A stretch of 64,000 nucleotides of DNA, from assembly GCA_003170595.1 (NCBI GenBank), contig PMZA01000195.1, forward strand, positions 80 through 64,079, read 5' to 3'. Source of the stretch: Armatimonadota bacterium (lineage in GTDB: Bacteria > Armatimonadota > Zipacnadia > Zipacnadales > FEN-943). The notes below the pieces were generated by a model. It searched no databases and was not told the DNA's origin. It saw only the letters and a program-made list of their open reading frames with translations. Position 1 is the stretch's first letter; each line of letters begins with the position of its first letter. Of the stretch, positions 17,201 to 25,471 are shown piece after piece. Position numbers and translations under genes: made by a program.

Positions 17201-18099
17201 TCGAGAAGCTTCGCACCCCACGGCTCGAGGAACTGGTTGATCGTCGGCATGACGTTGTTCCAGCCGCTCGGGATTGCGGTGAAGAACAGGCCGCCGCCCT
17301 TCTCGACGTACTCGTGCAGCACATCGGCGACGCGCGCGAAGTTCTTCGGATAGCCGCCCTTGTCGGCCTCGGGCAGGTCGAGGAGGATCACTGCGTTGAA
17401 GCGGGCGAGCTGGTCGGAGTTGAGATAGACGCCGGAGCCCACACCATAGATGTGCTTGACGCAGACCTCGTAGCCCGCGGCCTGTAGGTGCGGAAGGATC
17501 CGGTAGGTCTTGTTCGGATCGCCCCAGTCGGGATTGCAGGTGGCGAGCATGATCGCGGGCTTGGCGCCTCGCGCCGGGGCCTCGAGGGTGATGGGCCCGA
17601 GGCCGATCGGTGGGGCCTTCGGTGTGGCGGAGTCGGGGGTGAAGAGCCTGAAGTCCTGAACGGCGTCGAGGTTCATGCGGACGGGCTTATCCCAGCACCA
17701 GTCGTTCTCCCCGAAGTCCTCCGAGATGTCGAAGACGATCTCCTTCCAGGCGGTGTCCTTGAGCGGCAGGTTGTACCCCCGATGGCCCTCGCCGCCGAAC
17801 ATGTATAGATAGAGGACGTCCTTCGTGCCGTTCCCCTTGACCCACACCTTCAGCAGCGTCCCCGGCGGCAGCGAGAGGGGCTGGGGCGCGTGGAGATTCG
17901 CATACGCGCCGGGCGCATAGGTCACCTCGGTCCAGGCTTTGCCGTCCGGACCGCCGTCGGGCTTGTCGGCGACGACAAGCTTCTGCGAGCCCGGGAACGA
18001 CCATGCTATCGGCGGGGCGAAGGTGGCGATGGGCGCAGCCTGGGAGGTCGTCATCACAACGACCAGCAGCGCAAAGCTCACAAGGGCCTGTCTGATCAT
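14284..18099 (-). CDS. Gene G: 1271-aa secreted protein of unknown function (N-terminal CBM-like sandwich, class-I glutamine-amidotransferase/ThuA-like alpha/beta module, remainder unassigned)
   Basis: ATG 18099 with GAGG about 10 nt upstream. Signal peptide MIRQALVSFALLVVVMTTSQAAP. GATase1-like segment: KPAIMLATCNPDWG...FNAVILLDLPEADKGGYP...VEKGGGLFFTAIPSGW. Last gene of the J-I-H-G block. Confidence 0.75.
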   Translation of the reverse strand: MIRQALVSFALLVVVMTTSQAAPIATFAPPIAWSFPGSQKLVVADKPDGGPDGKAWTEVTYAPGAYANLHAPQPLSLPPGTLLKVWVKGNGTKDVLYLYMFGGEGHRGYNLPLKDTAWKEIVFDISEDFGENDWCWDKPVRMNLDAVQDFRLFTPDSATPKAPPIGLGPITLEAPARGAKPAIMLATCNPDWGDPNKTYRILPHLQAAGYEVCVKHIYGVGSGVYLNSDQLARFNAVILLDLPEADKGGYPKNFARVADVLHEYVEKGGGLFFTAIPSGWNNVMPTINQFLEPWGAKLLDEQVVDPDNVVQSDAWFQRYPFCWTDNVAPHPITQGVKGTWYPGKAWRADGILTTVAFTASPDWQVLLRGKDSARSVRAKGDDLVTQPPLSIASAPPIFAVRQVGKGRVGLLPIYPSFVTGGCDHPSWNSMVWDGTAKGLRSDMKPLFLNAVKWLAEPSLQDARLGGYIAPKTVVDYRPQEQRAIPLDWAQAAFAPAQHQDYLALVGMQSNLSGGASTPAAMIDAARAAGYQIAIFAEPVEGMNAAKWKDLSQVCAAASGKQFLALPGLRYRDPQGNSYMLFGNMPWPDDEWYRKCFNDKGQVIDTYTLWAKVSAWRHVAIHSLTTKKNPILHLRHYSCVAVFTYQDDRLTDDSYDDYLLLEENCYYPIPLAVHFVSSPEGVAKAKSGFQTRLWAASLRQAADILDGGKAGDSYFSNPQPTYLSSGPRLTDWQEINMNSWRATAPGTDRWEFRLGVQADAPLSEVRIMDGTHLYRDFRPSTPTFALDHVGHHGKQQQFTVRARDARGGEMISSHLKTHTMEHVFFMCADRQNSLGEGSWGYEPWPAQYDAAPHIDIYDLFPPFWDGGAAGFGSFCEAVLAPAKDVDIAGENDLGMLACTKRTVFASRDCTITREVGEGKFQHRDDWGDCKPTPALLPRKFIADEVTRYHYRVAENAPGYMLVEGKVRALADTTVASGPTDLGVIFYMLSDNGSKGGELQYFAYAAADGTRQVRATPEGAQPFYRVDTAKPGDYLTTFPRRLGAPALFPLTPVTYGLWGAPNIFGTNFGTPIPGGKVKAGDAWSYRFLYSCFTSKTGEMNETPERIRRMYGLAGQPGYSIAVKQGTLLGAVYELCLKAADGAAVVDLGKADVPGSLPIVVEGLNDRWSTVIAEGAAAPRFIGVFEGHGYAVTDLREGAKSLFVGHPVRAGDDRLFLNLTDWSATRAVIEVHNPTASPISTWVATSAACKFLPAGKVTVTIAPGTSQMVEIPAR

Positions 18100-18158
18100 G
18101 CGCGTAGCCTCAGTCGTGCGAAAAGTGCTTGCCCTCGACTGCTCTTCTCAGACGCAGA

Positions 18159-21100
18159 CTACTCCCGCCGGATCCTGAACACCTTCATCTGGAGTTCGGC
18201 ATATTCGCCCGCGTCGATCCCGGCGGCGAGCTGCTCGGCCGTGAAGACGCCGACCTCCTCGCCGCTCATCATCTCCGTCACGCGCCAGTTGCCGGCCGGC
18301 AGCGGCTTCAGGAATCGCACCTTCCCCGCCCAATGATCGGGCCCGTTGTAGCCGCTCTGCTGCTCCCCGCGATGCGTCGTCGCGAGGTAGTAAAGGTCGC
18401 CCTTCTGCAGCACGTGCATCTGCATGTAGCGATCGTCGGAATCGGCCAGCCGCTCGCCCACCCCGGCCCACTTCATGATCGCCGGCACGACCGCCTCCCA
18501 CTGATCGTTCCACAGCGGGCGGCGCATCACGAGCACCTGTCCCGCGCCCACCGCGTAGATGTCGTGGGGCCACTTCACCTCCGCCAGCTTCTGCCCCGGG
18601 GCGAAGAAGTCCACGCCGAGGGCATCGAGGAGGCAATGCGTCTTCACCTCATCCGGGCGCTCGAGCGACCACTGCCCCGCGCTCATGTCCATCACGATCT
18701 TCCCGCCGCCCTGCAGGAACTGGCGCAGGTACGCCAGCTGCCCCGCGTCAATGATGCTGCCGCCGACAAAGATGACCTTGCTGCCGTCGAGATAATCGGG
18801 CCGTCCCTCGGCCGCGGCGGTTTTGGGGTTGTAGTGGTTCAGCGCGTACACGGCGCAGTGCATGCACCAAATCCCCCACTCGAAGGGCCCGCGGAAGTAG
18901 TCCTGCGGCGAGCGAAGCTGCATCATCCCGACCGCGTCGTGCAGCTTCTCGGCGTCGCGCAGTTCCCTCAGCATCGGCACGTGCGCGACCAGCTTGTCGA
19001 GGCCCGTCGGCTGCCCCGGCTTCATCAGATCGTCGTACTTGATCGTCCCGAACCCGCGCAGGAATTCGTGGAAGTTGAGCCCGCGCCCGCCCATCGCGAG
19101 CATCCCGAAGATCATCTCATCGAAGCCGTGAGGCACCGGATCGTAGTCGTACATGTCGTGCGGCTCCATCCTATATCGCAGGCCCGGGATGGCGTTGTCG
19201 CGCTCGTACTCGAAGTCGAAGTTGAAGTTGGAGTGGATGCCACCGTTGGCCATCATCCCGCCGTTGTCGGCGATGTGGCGGAGGAAGGCGTCGCTCTCGC
19301 CGCCGATGTTGTAGACGATGATCGGGCGCCTGGGGTCCTCGTGGCGGACGGCGTCGAACTCGTCCCTGAGAACGAAGTTCTCAGCGGTCTGCCGCTGGAA
19401 GATGCGCAGGTCGGCGAACATCACCTTGCGCGGGAAGGCCGACGGCCGGGCGGGATCGGGCAGGGGGATATCCTCGAAGGCGCGATAGGTTGCCGCATAG
19501 ACCTTATTGAGCGCATCGACGGTGGCATAGCGCCCTTTCAGGAACGTCGCGAAGGCCTTCTGGTAGGCCGGGTGATACGAATTCAGCGGCCCGTTGTAGC
19601 TGTCGATATGCTCGTCCTCGAAGTAGTACGCGCCCATCCCGGGGTGATTGAGGTACCGCCGCGCGAACTGGGTGTTGAGATCGCGGATGATCTCGGGCGA
19701 CTTCTCGCCGCTGCAGTAGAGGTACTTGCCGATCATGTACCCCCACATCAGCCCGCCGCGATGAGCGCAGCCGGCGCCGTCGAGTTGGAACTCCACGGGC
19801 GCCCAATCGACCGGCCACTTGAGGTTGAGGTACGGCACGACGCGGCAGCCGTTCCGCTCGGCGAGGTCGAGGATCGGCGTGAGATAGTCCCAGTCGTAGA
19901 CGCCGGGGATCGGCTCGAGGCGGTTGATGTCCGGGCAGAACCCTACGAGCGGCGTGAGCTTCTTCGCCTCGGCAAGGTTGCGCTGAAACGAGGCCAGGGC
20001 GTCGTCGCCCGGGTTGAGGTGAAGCTGGGCGTTGAACCAGTTCTTGCCCGGTCCGGCGAAGTCGTCGAGCGAGGGTACCTGCGCGCGGGCAGCGAACTCC
20101 GGGGCGCGGTCGAGTTCGTTGCGGACTCCGATGGGCCGTTCCTCGCGATCGATGCGTGTATTGCCGTACCACAGCTCGGCGATGACGAGCTCGACAGCGT
20201 GCGCCGGGACGTAGGAGACTGTGACCACGCCCGGGGCCTTGACCGTGACCTTGTGGCTCAGCGGAACCTCACGCACCGCCTGCCACACCGGAACCCAATC
20301 CGCGTAGGGGAGGACGTCGTAGCGCAGCTCTAGGGGAAACTTGACGCCGGGGCGCGACCCGACATGGATCGCGATCTCGCGCGGGTCCGTCTTCTCCAGG
20401 CGACCGAAGGGTCGCTGGGGGTTGATCGCGAGAGAGCCCTGATCGGATGCGGTCGCTGGCGTGAGGGATGAGGCGCCGCCGCCCTTGATGATGATGAGCT
20501 TCACCCAATCGGTCGTGAAGTACTCGCCCGTCGCCGCGTCATACGACTTGCCCTCGATGCGGTAAGTGCCCGGCGTGGTGATCGGAAGGGGGATCGGGCA
20601 CCAGAAGTCGGGCACGCTCTCCGCCGGGAGGTCGTCGAGGGCGGCGCTATGGACGAGCCGGTCGCTCGTGTCATAGGCGAAGAGTCGCAGGTTGATCCGG
20701 CGGGGCCGTCCGACTTTGGCCTGGTCAAGCAGGTTGTCGAGCAGCACGTACGGCTGATCCGAGCCGCCGCTCAGCTCCGTCAGCGCCCGCGCCCCGCAGC
20801 CGTTGAAGCCAGTATTCATGAAGTTGTCGCGATAGTTCCCCACGACGTAGTACAGCCGCGCCTGGCGGTAGTCGATGCGCTCGAGGGCGACATCTTTGAC
20901 GAAGATGCTCTTCGTGTCGCGGAGGACCTCGGGCGGGCCGACGTAGCCGCCCGTCACTGCGAACCCGAGGAACTGGGTGGCCCCGGAGGCGCGCGGGATC
21001 TCGCAGAAGACGTGCCGCCACTGGCCGCTGGCGCGAGCGTTGGGCGCGGCGACGTGGCTGTCGAGGAAGCCGAGGCCGTCGCCAGGGATTTCCTTGCCCG

Positions 21101-22277
21101 CAGCATCGGCGAAGAGCGTCACGATCGAGTAACCGTACTCGGCGCGGGACGGGGGCACGCAGGCCCAGAAGTCGACCGATGTGACGCCGGTGTCGAGGGG
21201 CATCGGCTTCGCGAGAAGCATCCGCCGACGCTCATCCGTCTTCACGCCGGAGAACTGGACGCGGAGGATGCCGTTTCCGGCGGCGGAGAGGCCGAGGCCC
21301 TCGGGCTCCTGCCAGCCCCGCGGATCGTTCGCATCCGCGAGCACCTGATAATGCGAGAAGACCGGCATGACGCCTCGCCCCGGCGGGCTGGCGTACCACG
21401 AAGGCAGGGCGCCGATCTGCTCCTGGTCGAGGCAGCGGTCGAAGATCGCGAAGGTGTCGAGGTCGATCGGGGTGTTGCCCCACTGGCGGTCGCCGCCGAC
21501 CAACGGCGCTTGCTGGGCCTCGACCCGATCCGGTGAGGCCGAGGGGTGACCGGTGCGGGCGATGGGCAGCTCGCGGCCGTTCAGCCACATCCGTACTCTC
21601 GGGGCCGCCCCGGTGCCAAGGTCGGAGGGCTTCGCGCCGTCCCAGGTCACGACGAGGGTGTACCACTGCCCGAGGCGAAGCTCGGTGTCGGTTCGCGGGG
21701 TGTAGACGCTGTCACACGTGCCGTTCCAGCCGGCGGCCGTGCCGCTGAGGCGAAGCTGCGGTAGGCGCCTGCCTCTCCCCTCCTGCCCGCGGCCGGTGAT
21801 CGCGAGGGTCACGCCGGGCGCGAGGCTCATGAGCGTACCGTCCAACTCCCAGGGCGGGCTGCCGCCGCCATAGGACATCCCAGCGTCCAGCCGGAAGGCG
21901 ACGAAAAGGGTCAGTTGCCCCAGCGACTTGAGGGCTCCGGGGCCCTCTCCGGCCTGCACGACGGCGCCGCTTTCCGCGCCAGCATCAGCCGCGCACAGAC
22001 GCAGCGCGCCCGCACCGGTTCTTCCGTTCGTCCAGGTCGGACGGCACTGGGACGCGTAGCGGGCATCGATCGCGCTGGGCATGAGCCTGAGCACCGCGAG
22101 CGACTGGTCGGTGCCCAAGCAGGGGAGTATCTCGGTGTCATAGTGGAACGGGTCATCCAGCCGCGCGGCGGCGAGAAGCTCGCCGCACCAACCGACGACT
22201 GGCATGGGCACGTCGGCCCACAGCATGGGCATGGTCGCGAGCAGACCCAGGGGAAGAACGACAGCGCTTAGCCGCAC
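18159..22277 (-). CDS. Gene H: 1372-aa secreted LamG-like + GH42-like beta-galactosidase-type glycoside hydrolase
   Basis: GTG start at 22277 with AGGAG 7 nt upstream. Signal peptide MRLSAVVLPLGLLATMPMLWA. LamG-like: QLTLFVAFRLD...WYTLVVTWDG...RMWLNGRELP...FAIFDRCL. GH42-like barrel: GVYDWDYLTPILDLAERNGCRVVPYLN, AFATFLKGRYATVDALNKVYAATY, LRYRMEPHD. GH42 trimerisation-like module: KVIFVGGSIIDAGQLAYLRQFLQGGGKIVMD. Confidence 0.75.
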   Translation of the reverse strand: MRLSAVVLPLGLLATMPMLWADVPMPVVGWCGELLAAARLDDPFHYDTEILPCLGTDQSLAVLRLMPSAIDARYASQCRPTWTNGRTGAGALRLCAADAGAESGAVVQAGEGPGALKSLGQLTLFVAFRLDAGMSYGGGSPPWELDGTLMSLAPGVTLAITGRGQEGRGRRLPQLRLSGTAAGWNGTCDSVYTPRTDTELRLGQWYTLVVTWDGAKPSDLGTGAAPRVRMWLNGRELPIARTGHPSASPDRVEAQQAPLVGGDRQWGNTPIDLDTFAIFDRCLDQEQIGALPSWYASPPGRGVMPVFSHYQVLADANDPRGWQEPEGLGLSAAGNGILRVQFSGVKTDERRRMLLAKPMPLDTGVTSVDFWACVPPSRAEYGYSIVTLFADAAGKEIPGDGLGFLDSHVAAPNARASGQWRHVFCEIPRASGATQFLGFAVTGGYVGPPEVLRDTKSIFVKDVALERIDYRQARLYYVVGNYRDNFMNTGFNGCGARALTELSGGSDQPYVLLDNLLDQAKVGRPRRINLRLFAYDTSDRLVHSAALDDLPAESVPDFWCPIPLPITTPGTYRIEGKSYDAATGEYFTTDWVKLIIIKGGGASSLTPATASDQGSLAINPQRPFGRLEKTDPREIAIHVGSRPGVKFPLELRYDVLPYADWVPVWQAVREVPLSHKVTVKAPGVVTVSYVPAHAVELVIAELWYGNTRIDREERPIGVRNELDRAPEFAARAQVPSLDDFAGPGKNWFNAQLHLNPGDDALASFQRNLAEAKKLTPLVGFCPDINRLEPIPGVYDWDYLTPILDLAERNGCRVVPYLNLKWPVDWAPVEFQLDGAGCAHRGGLMWGYMIGKYLYCSGEKSPEIIRDLNTQFARRYLNHPGMGAYYFEDEHIDSYNGPLNSYHPAYQKAFATFLKGRYATVDALNKVYAATYRAFEDIPLPDPARPSAFPRKVMFADLRIFQRQTAENFVLRDEFDAVRHEDPRRPIIVYNIGGESDAFLRHIADNGGMMANGGIHSNFNFDFEYERDNAIPGLRYRMEPHDMYDYDPVPHGFDEMIFGMLAMGGRGLNFHEFLRGFGTIKYDDLMKPGQPTGLDKLVAHVPMLRELRDAEKLHDAVGMMQLRSPQDYFRGPFEWGIWCMHCAVYALNHYNPKTAAAEGRPDYLDGSKVIFVGGSIIDAGQLAYLRQFLQGGGKIVMDMSAGQWSLERPDEVKTHCLLDALGVDFFAPGQKLAEVKWPHDIYAVGAGQVLVMRRPLWNDQWEAVVPAIMKWAGVGERLADSDDRYMQMHVLQKGDLYYLATTHRGEQQSGYNGPDHWAGKVRFLKPLPAGNWRVTEMMSGEEVGVFTAEQLAAGIDAGEYAELQMKVFRIRRE

Positions 22278-22290
22278 GGTTACACTCCTG

Positions 22291-25200
22291 CTACTCGAAA
22301 CTCACCAGCCCCCAGTTCCCGGGCCCGCTGAGGAGACCTTCGGCTTTGCGCCGGGGCCAGCCGAGGTCGAGCGTGTCGGCGGGTGAGACTCCATGGGCGG
22401 ACACCGCCAGCCTCCACGTATCACCCTTCGCGGGCGCCTTGCCAAGGACCTCGGGCTGGAGGATGGCGACGAAGGCCAAGCGGCCGTCGCGTTGAGTCAC
22501 CGTAGCCTGGCAGCGCGGATCGGGCACGGCGCCCTTGCCGGTAAGGCGATCCCACAGGCCACAGGATACACGCCAGCCCTGCCCGTCCTTCACCGGCGTC
22601 AGCCAGAACTGCCTGCATGAGCGGGACCACCCGCCCGCGGCCGCCGACGGGTCGACGAAGACCTCCAGGTTCGTGAAGTCCCAGAAGGCGTCGGGCTTGC
22701 CCTCGGTCAGGAAGGCGTCGGGCATCTCGCCGGCTACGACTAGACCGGCCTCCGACCATCCGACCCGCAGGACCGCGTCGACCTGCGCACCCTTCGCCGT
22801 CACGGCCTCGCAGGGGCAGAGCGTCGCCGGTGGCCAGGCATGCGGATCGCCCGACGTCGCGGGCAGTCGGGGCACGGACTTGCGTAGCGGGTAGAGCGCC
22901 ACCGTCTGGCGGATCCCGTTATCCATCGCAAGCTCGAGCGTCAGCGTTCCGGCCGCCGACGGCCCGGGTACCACGGCGATGCGTCTTGGATGACCGGGCG
23001 ACACCTCAAACCGCGAGGGCGCGACTGTACCCACGTCGCCGGTCAGCCGTGCGGTCACGGTGCCCGAAAGGTGCCCGGCGGTGATGGTCTTGATCTCGGG
23101 CTGGTCCGGCTCGTAGGTCATAGTCCCGCTGACCGCAAGGGCGGGTTCGATCAGCAGCGATGCGGGGAAGCTTCGCCGCCAACCATCGCCCTGTGCGATA
23201 GCGGTCAGTTCGTACACGCCCGGCCGCGCAGTCAGACCGACGCGAAGCGTATCGACCTGCGCTCGCCCATCCACCCGCCAGCCCTGGGCGCTGACGCCCG
23301 CAGGCAGTGGCCCCCACTCGACCTTCGCGCCAGGCGCGATCAACCGCAGGTCGACGCTGCCTCCAGGCGAGGTCGTCATCAACGCCGGCGACTCCCACCT
23401 CGCCTGCCGCTGGAGGTCCCAGGCCTTCGGGAGCTTCGCCAGGTGGAAGTATAGGATCGATGGCGTGACGCCCTGCGGCCTGACCGAGTTGCCGAAGATG
23501 TCCACGGCCTCGACCCCAGCCAGGCCGTCGGGCAGCGGATGCTCCCTGAGACGCTTCGCGTCTCCCTCGACCGACCAGACGGCGACGGTCCAGGTGCGGT
23601 CGGGCTGGGCGAGGACGACCGCCCAGATATCCGGGCCCAGGTCGAGCGTGCCGGCGAAGGTGGCGCGCGCCGTCTCGCGTGAGAGCGCAGCCATCGCCAC
23701 CGCACTAGGCCGCAGACTGCCGTCGAGCCGGATCAGCCCGCAGGTGCTGAACACGCCGGTCCCGCCCGGCACGTCGCGGTCGTAGAACCAGAAGACCTTG
23801 TCGATGCCGCACGCCCGGGCGAGAAGGTAGACGCGGGACAGGTACTCAGCCTGTCGGGCCTCGCCGACCGCCGGGCCGTTGATCGCATCCCAGCCGGTCT
23901 CCGTTAGCCACGACTCCTTGCCCGCCGCATGAGCCAGGCGGCTGACCTCGCGAAGTTGGTCCGGCATCGTCAGCCGCGCCTGCCGACCATCGCCGGCGAT
24001 CGTGTCCGACACGCCGGTCTCGGGCGGCGCGGTACCGACGTAGATGTGCGAGTTGATGCAGGGGATCGCATCCTTCGCCTCCGAGGCGAGCAGAGCCTCC
24101 GCCTGATCGCACCGCACGCCCGCCGTCCCGTTGGGCACGACTCGCGCTTTGCCCGCGCGGGTGAGGCCGTCCGCCGCCGCCTGGAGAGCGCGCTCGTAGT
24201 CGGCCATGTCGAACCCTCTATCGCGCAGGGCAAACTCGTACTCGTTGTCGATCTCCCAGAAGGGGATGTCGGGGAACGCTCTAGCCAGGCGCTCGAAGCC
24301 GGCCGAGATGGCGGCGCTGTCCTCAAGGAAACCGGTCTCCGCTTTGTTCCTGAAGGAGCCCTGGAGCGTCGGGAGGATCATCACGTTCTGCCGACGGGCT
24401 TCCTGCCACACGGCGGCGAAGTCGCGGCCGTTGCCGACGGGCGCCGTCTCCCCGCGCCCGAGCCAACTCCACGAGTAGTCCCGCGCCCAGTGGATGCCCA
24501 GGCGACCGAAGGTCTCCCACGGAGCGCCGAGGTGGGTGTTCACGCCGATCGGCGAGCGCAGGCGCTCGTCGGCGGTTAGAGCGGGCGCCGGCGGCGCGAC
24601 GACTCTCGCCAGTCGGGTCTCGACCTTGCGTCCCTCCGACAGCGACGTCGCGAGCCGGAAGCAGCCGCAGGCGGGCAGGGACCACTTGGTCGAGCTGCCA
24701 TACTCGCCGGCGAAGTCGATGTCTGTGCTGAGGCGCTTCACCGATGCTCCATCGGCGGCGAGAAGCTCCTGCTGCAGGGCAAGCTTTCTCGGCTGACTGC
24801 GCCACGAGAGCACTGCCACGTCGACCGCGGCCTTGCCGTCGGCATCCGCCAGTCCGGACGGCCCCTCCGATGCCACGAGAAGCTCGGGCGTGTCCTCGCC
24901 GGGAACCAGCCGCTGCGTCTCATCGATGACCACCTCAAGCCGCGCGACCGCCGTTACTATTGTCCCGCCCGCGCCCTTAAGCCCCCAGCTATGCCAGGTA
25001 AGGCTCGTGAAGGTCAGGGGTTGGGCGATCTCCGCCGGCACCGGCTGCGATAGCTTCCTCCACCCCTGAAAGCTCGCCGCACCCAAGCCGATCTTCGCGT
25101 CGGCGCCCTTCGCGTCCTTGAAGTAGACCTCCAGGAAGTGAGGGTCGTCGACGCCGCGCACCCAGAGGCTGACTTCCTTGACGCGGTACGGTATGGGACC

Positions 25201-25461
25201 GCGGCTGGGTTGCGGCTGGATCGAGAAGAAGCGGAACTCGTCGTCCTTCGGCCAGTCCACGCGCACTTCGAGGGCGCGACCTCCGGCGATTCCGGGCGGG
25301 GCATCCGCCGCCGGTGCGACAGACCCGGGCGCGCGGTTCCAGACATCCGGCTGCCATCGTCCGACGAGGCTCACGTCGTCGAGGAGGCACGTCTGATCGG
25401 CCGCCACGAGGGACGCCAGCGCAAGGACCACGAGGATGCCGCCGGGGCGTAGGATTCTCAT
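22291..25461 (-). CDS. Gene I: 1056-aa secreted clan GH-A (GH39/GH5-like) glycoside hydrolase with C-terminal CBM9-like module
   Basis: ATG 25461 with SD AGGTGA overlapping the stop of the upstream gene. Signal peptide MRILRPGGILVVLALASLVAA. Barrel motifs: IGVNTHLG, IPFWEIDNEYEF (acid/base), ESWLTETGWDA (nucleophile). CBM9-like segment: LRVGWSEAGLVVAG...FTNLEVFVDP. Confidence 0.75.
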   Translation of the reverse strand: MRILRPGGILVVLALASLVAADQTCLLDDVSLVGRWQPDVWNRAPGSVAPAADAPPGIAGGRALEVRVDWPKDDEFRFFSIQPQPSRGPIPYRVKEVSLWVRGVDDPHFLEVYFKDAKGADAKIGLGAASFQGWRKLSQPVPAEIAQPLTFTSLTWHSWGLKGAGGTIVTAVARLEVVIDETQRLVPGEDTPELLVASEGPSGLADADGKAAVDVAVLSWRSQPRKLALQQELLAADGASVKRLSTDIDFAGEYGSSTKWSLPACGCFRLATSLSEGRKVETRLARVVAPPAPALTADERLRSPIGVNTHLGAPWETFGRLGIHWARDYSWSWLGRGETAPVGNGRDFAAVWQEARRQNVMILPTLQGSFRNKAETGFLEDSAAISAGFERLARAFPDIPFWEIDNEYEFALRDRGFDMADYERALQAAADGLTRAGKARVVPNGTAGVRCDQAEALLASEAKDAIPCINSHIYVGTAPPETGVSDTIAGDGRQARLTMPDQLREVSRLAHAAGKESWLTETGWDAINGPAVGEARQAEYLSRVYLLARACGIDKVFWFYDRDVPGGTGVFSTCGLIRLDGSLRPSAVAMAALSRETARATFAGTLDLGPDIWAVVLAQPDRTWTVAVWSVEGDAKRLREHPLPDGLAGVEAVDIFGNSVRPQGVTPSILYFHLAKLPKAWDLQRQARWESPALMTTSPGGSVDLRLIAPGAKVEWGPLPAGVSAQGWRVDGRAQVDTLRVGLTARPGVYELTAIAQGDGWRRSFPASLLIEPALAVSGTMTYEPDQPEIKTITAGHLSGTVTARLTGDVGTVAPSRFEVSPGHPRRIAVVPGPSAAGTLTLELAMDNGIRQTVALYPLRKSVPRLPATSGDPHAWPPATLCPCEAVTAKGAQVDAVLRVGWSEAGLVVAGEMPDAFLTEGKPDAFWDFTNLEVFVDPSAAAGGWSRSCRQFWLTPVKDGQGWRVSCGLWDRLTGKGAVPDPRCQATVTQRDGRLAFVAILQPEVLGKAPAKGDTWRLAVSAHGVSPADTLDLGWPRRKAEGLLSGPGNWGLVSFE

Positions 25462-25471
25462 ATCGTTTCAC

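Noticed and set aside
18129-20333. 734-aa ORF on the plus strand
   Set aside because: It is antisense to the GH42-like gene H and has the same Arg/His/Val/Pro-rich low-information composition. H has a signal peptide, LamG and GH42 motifs.
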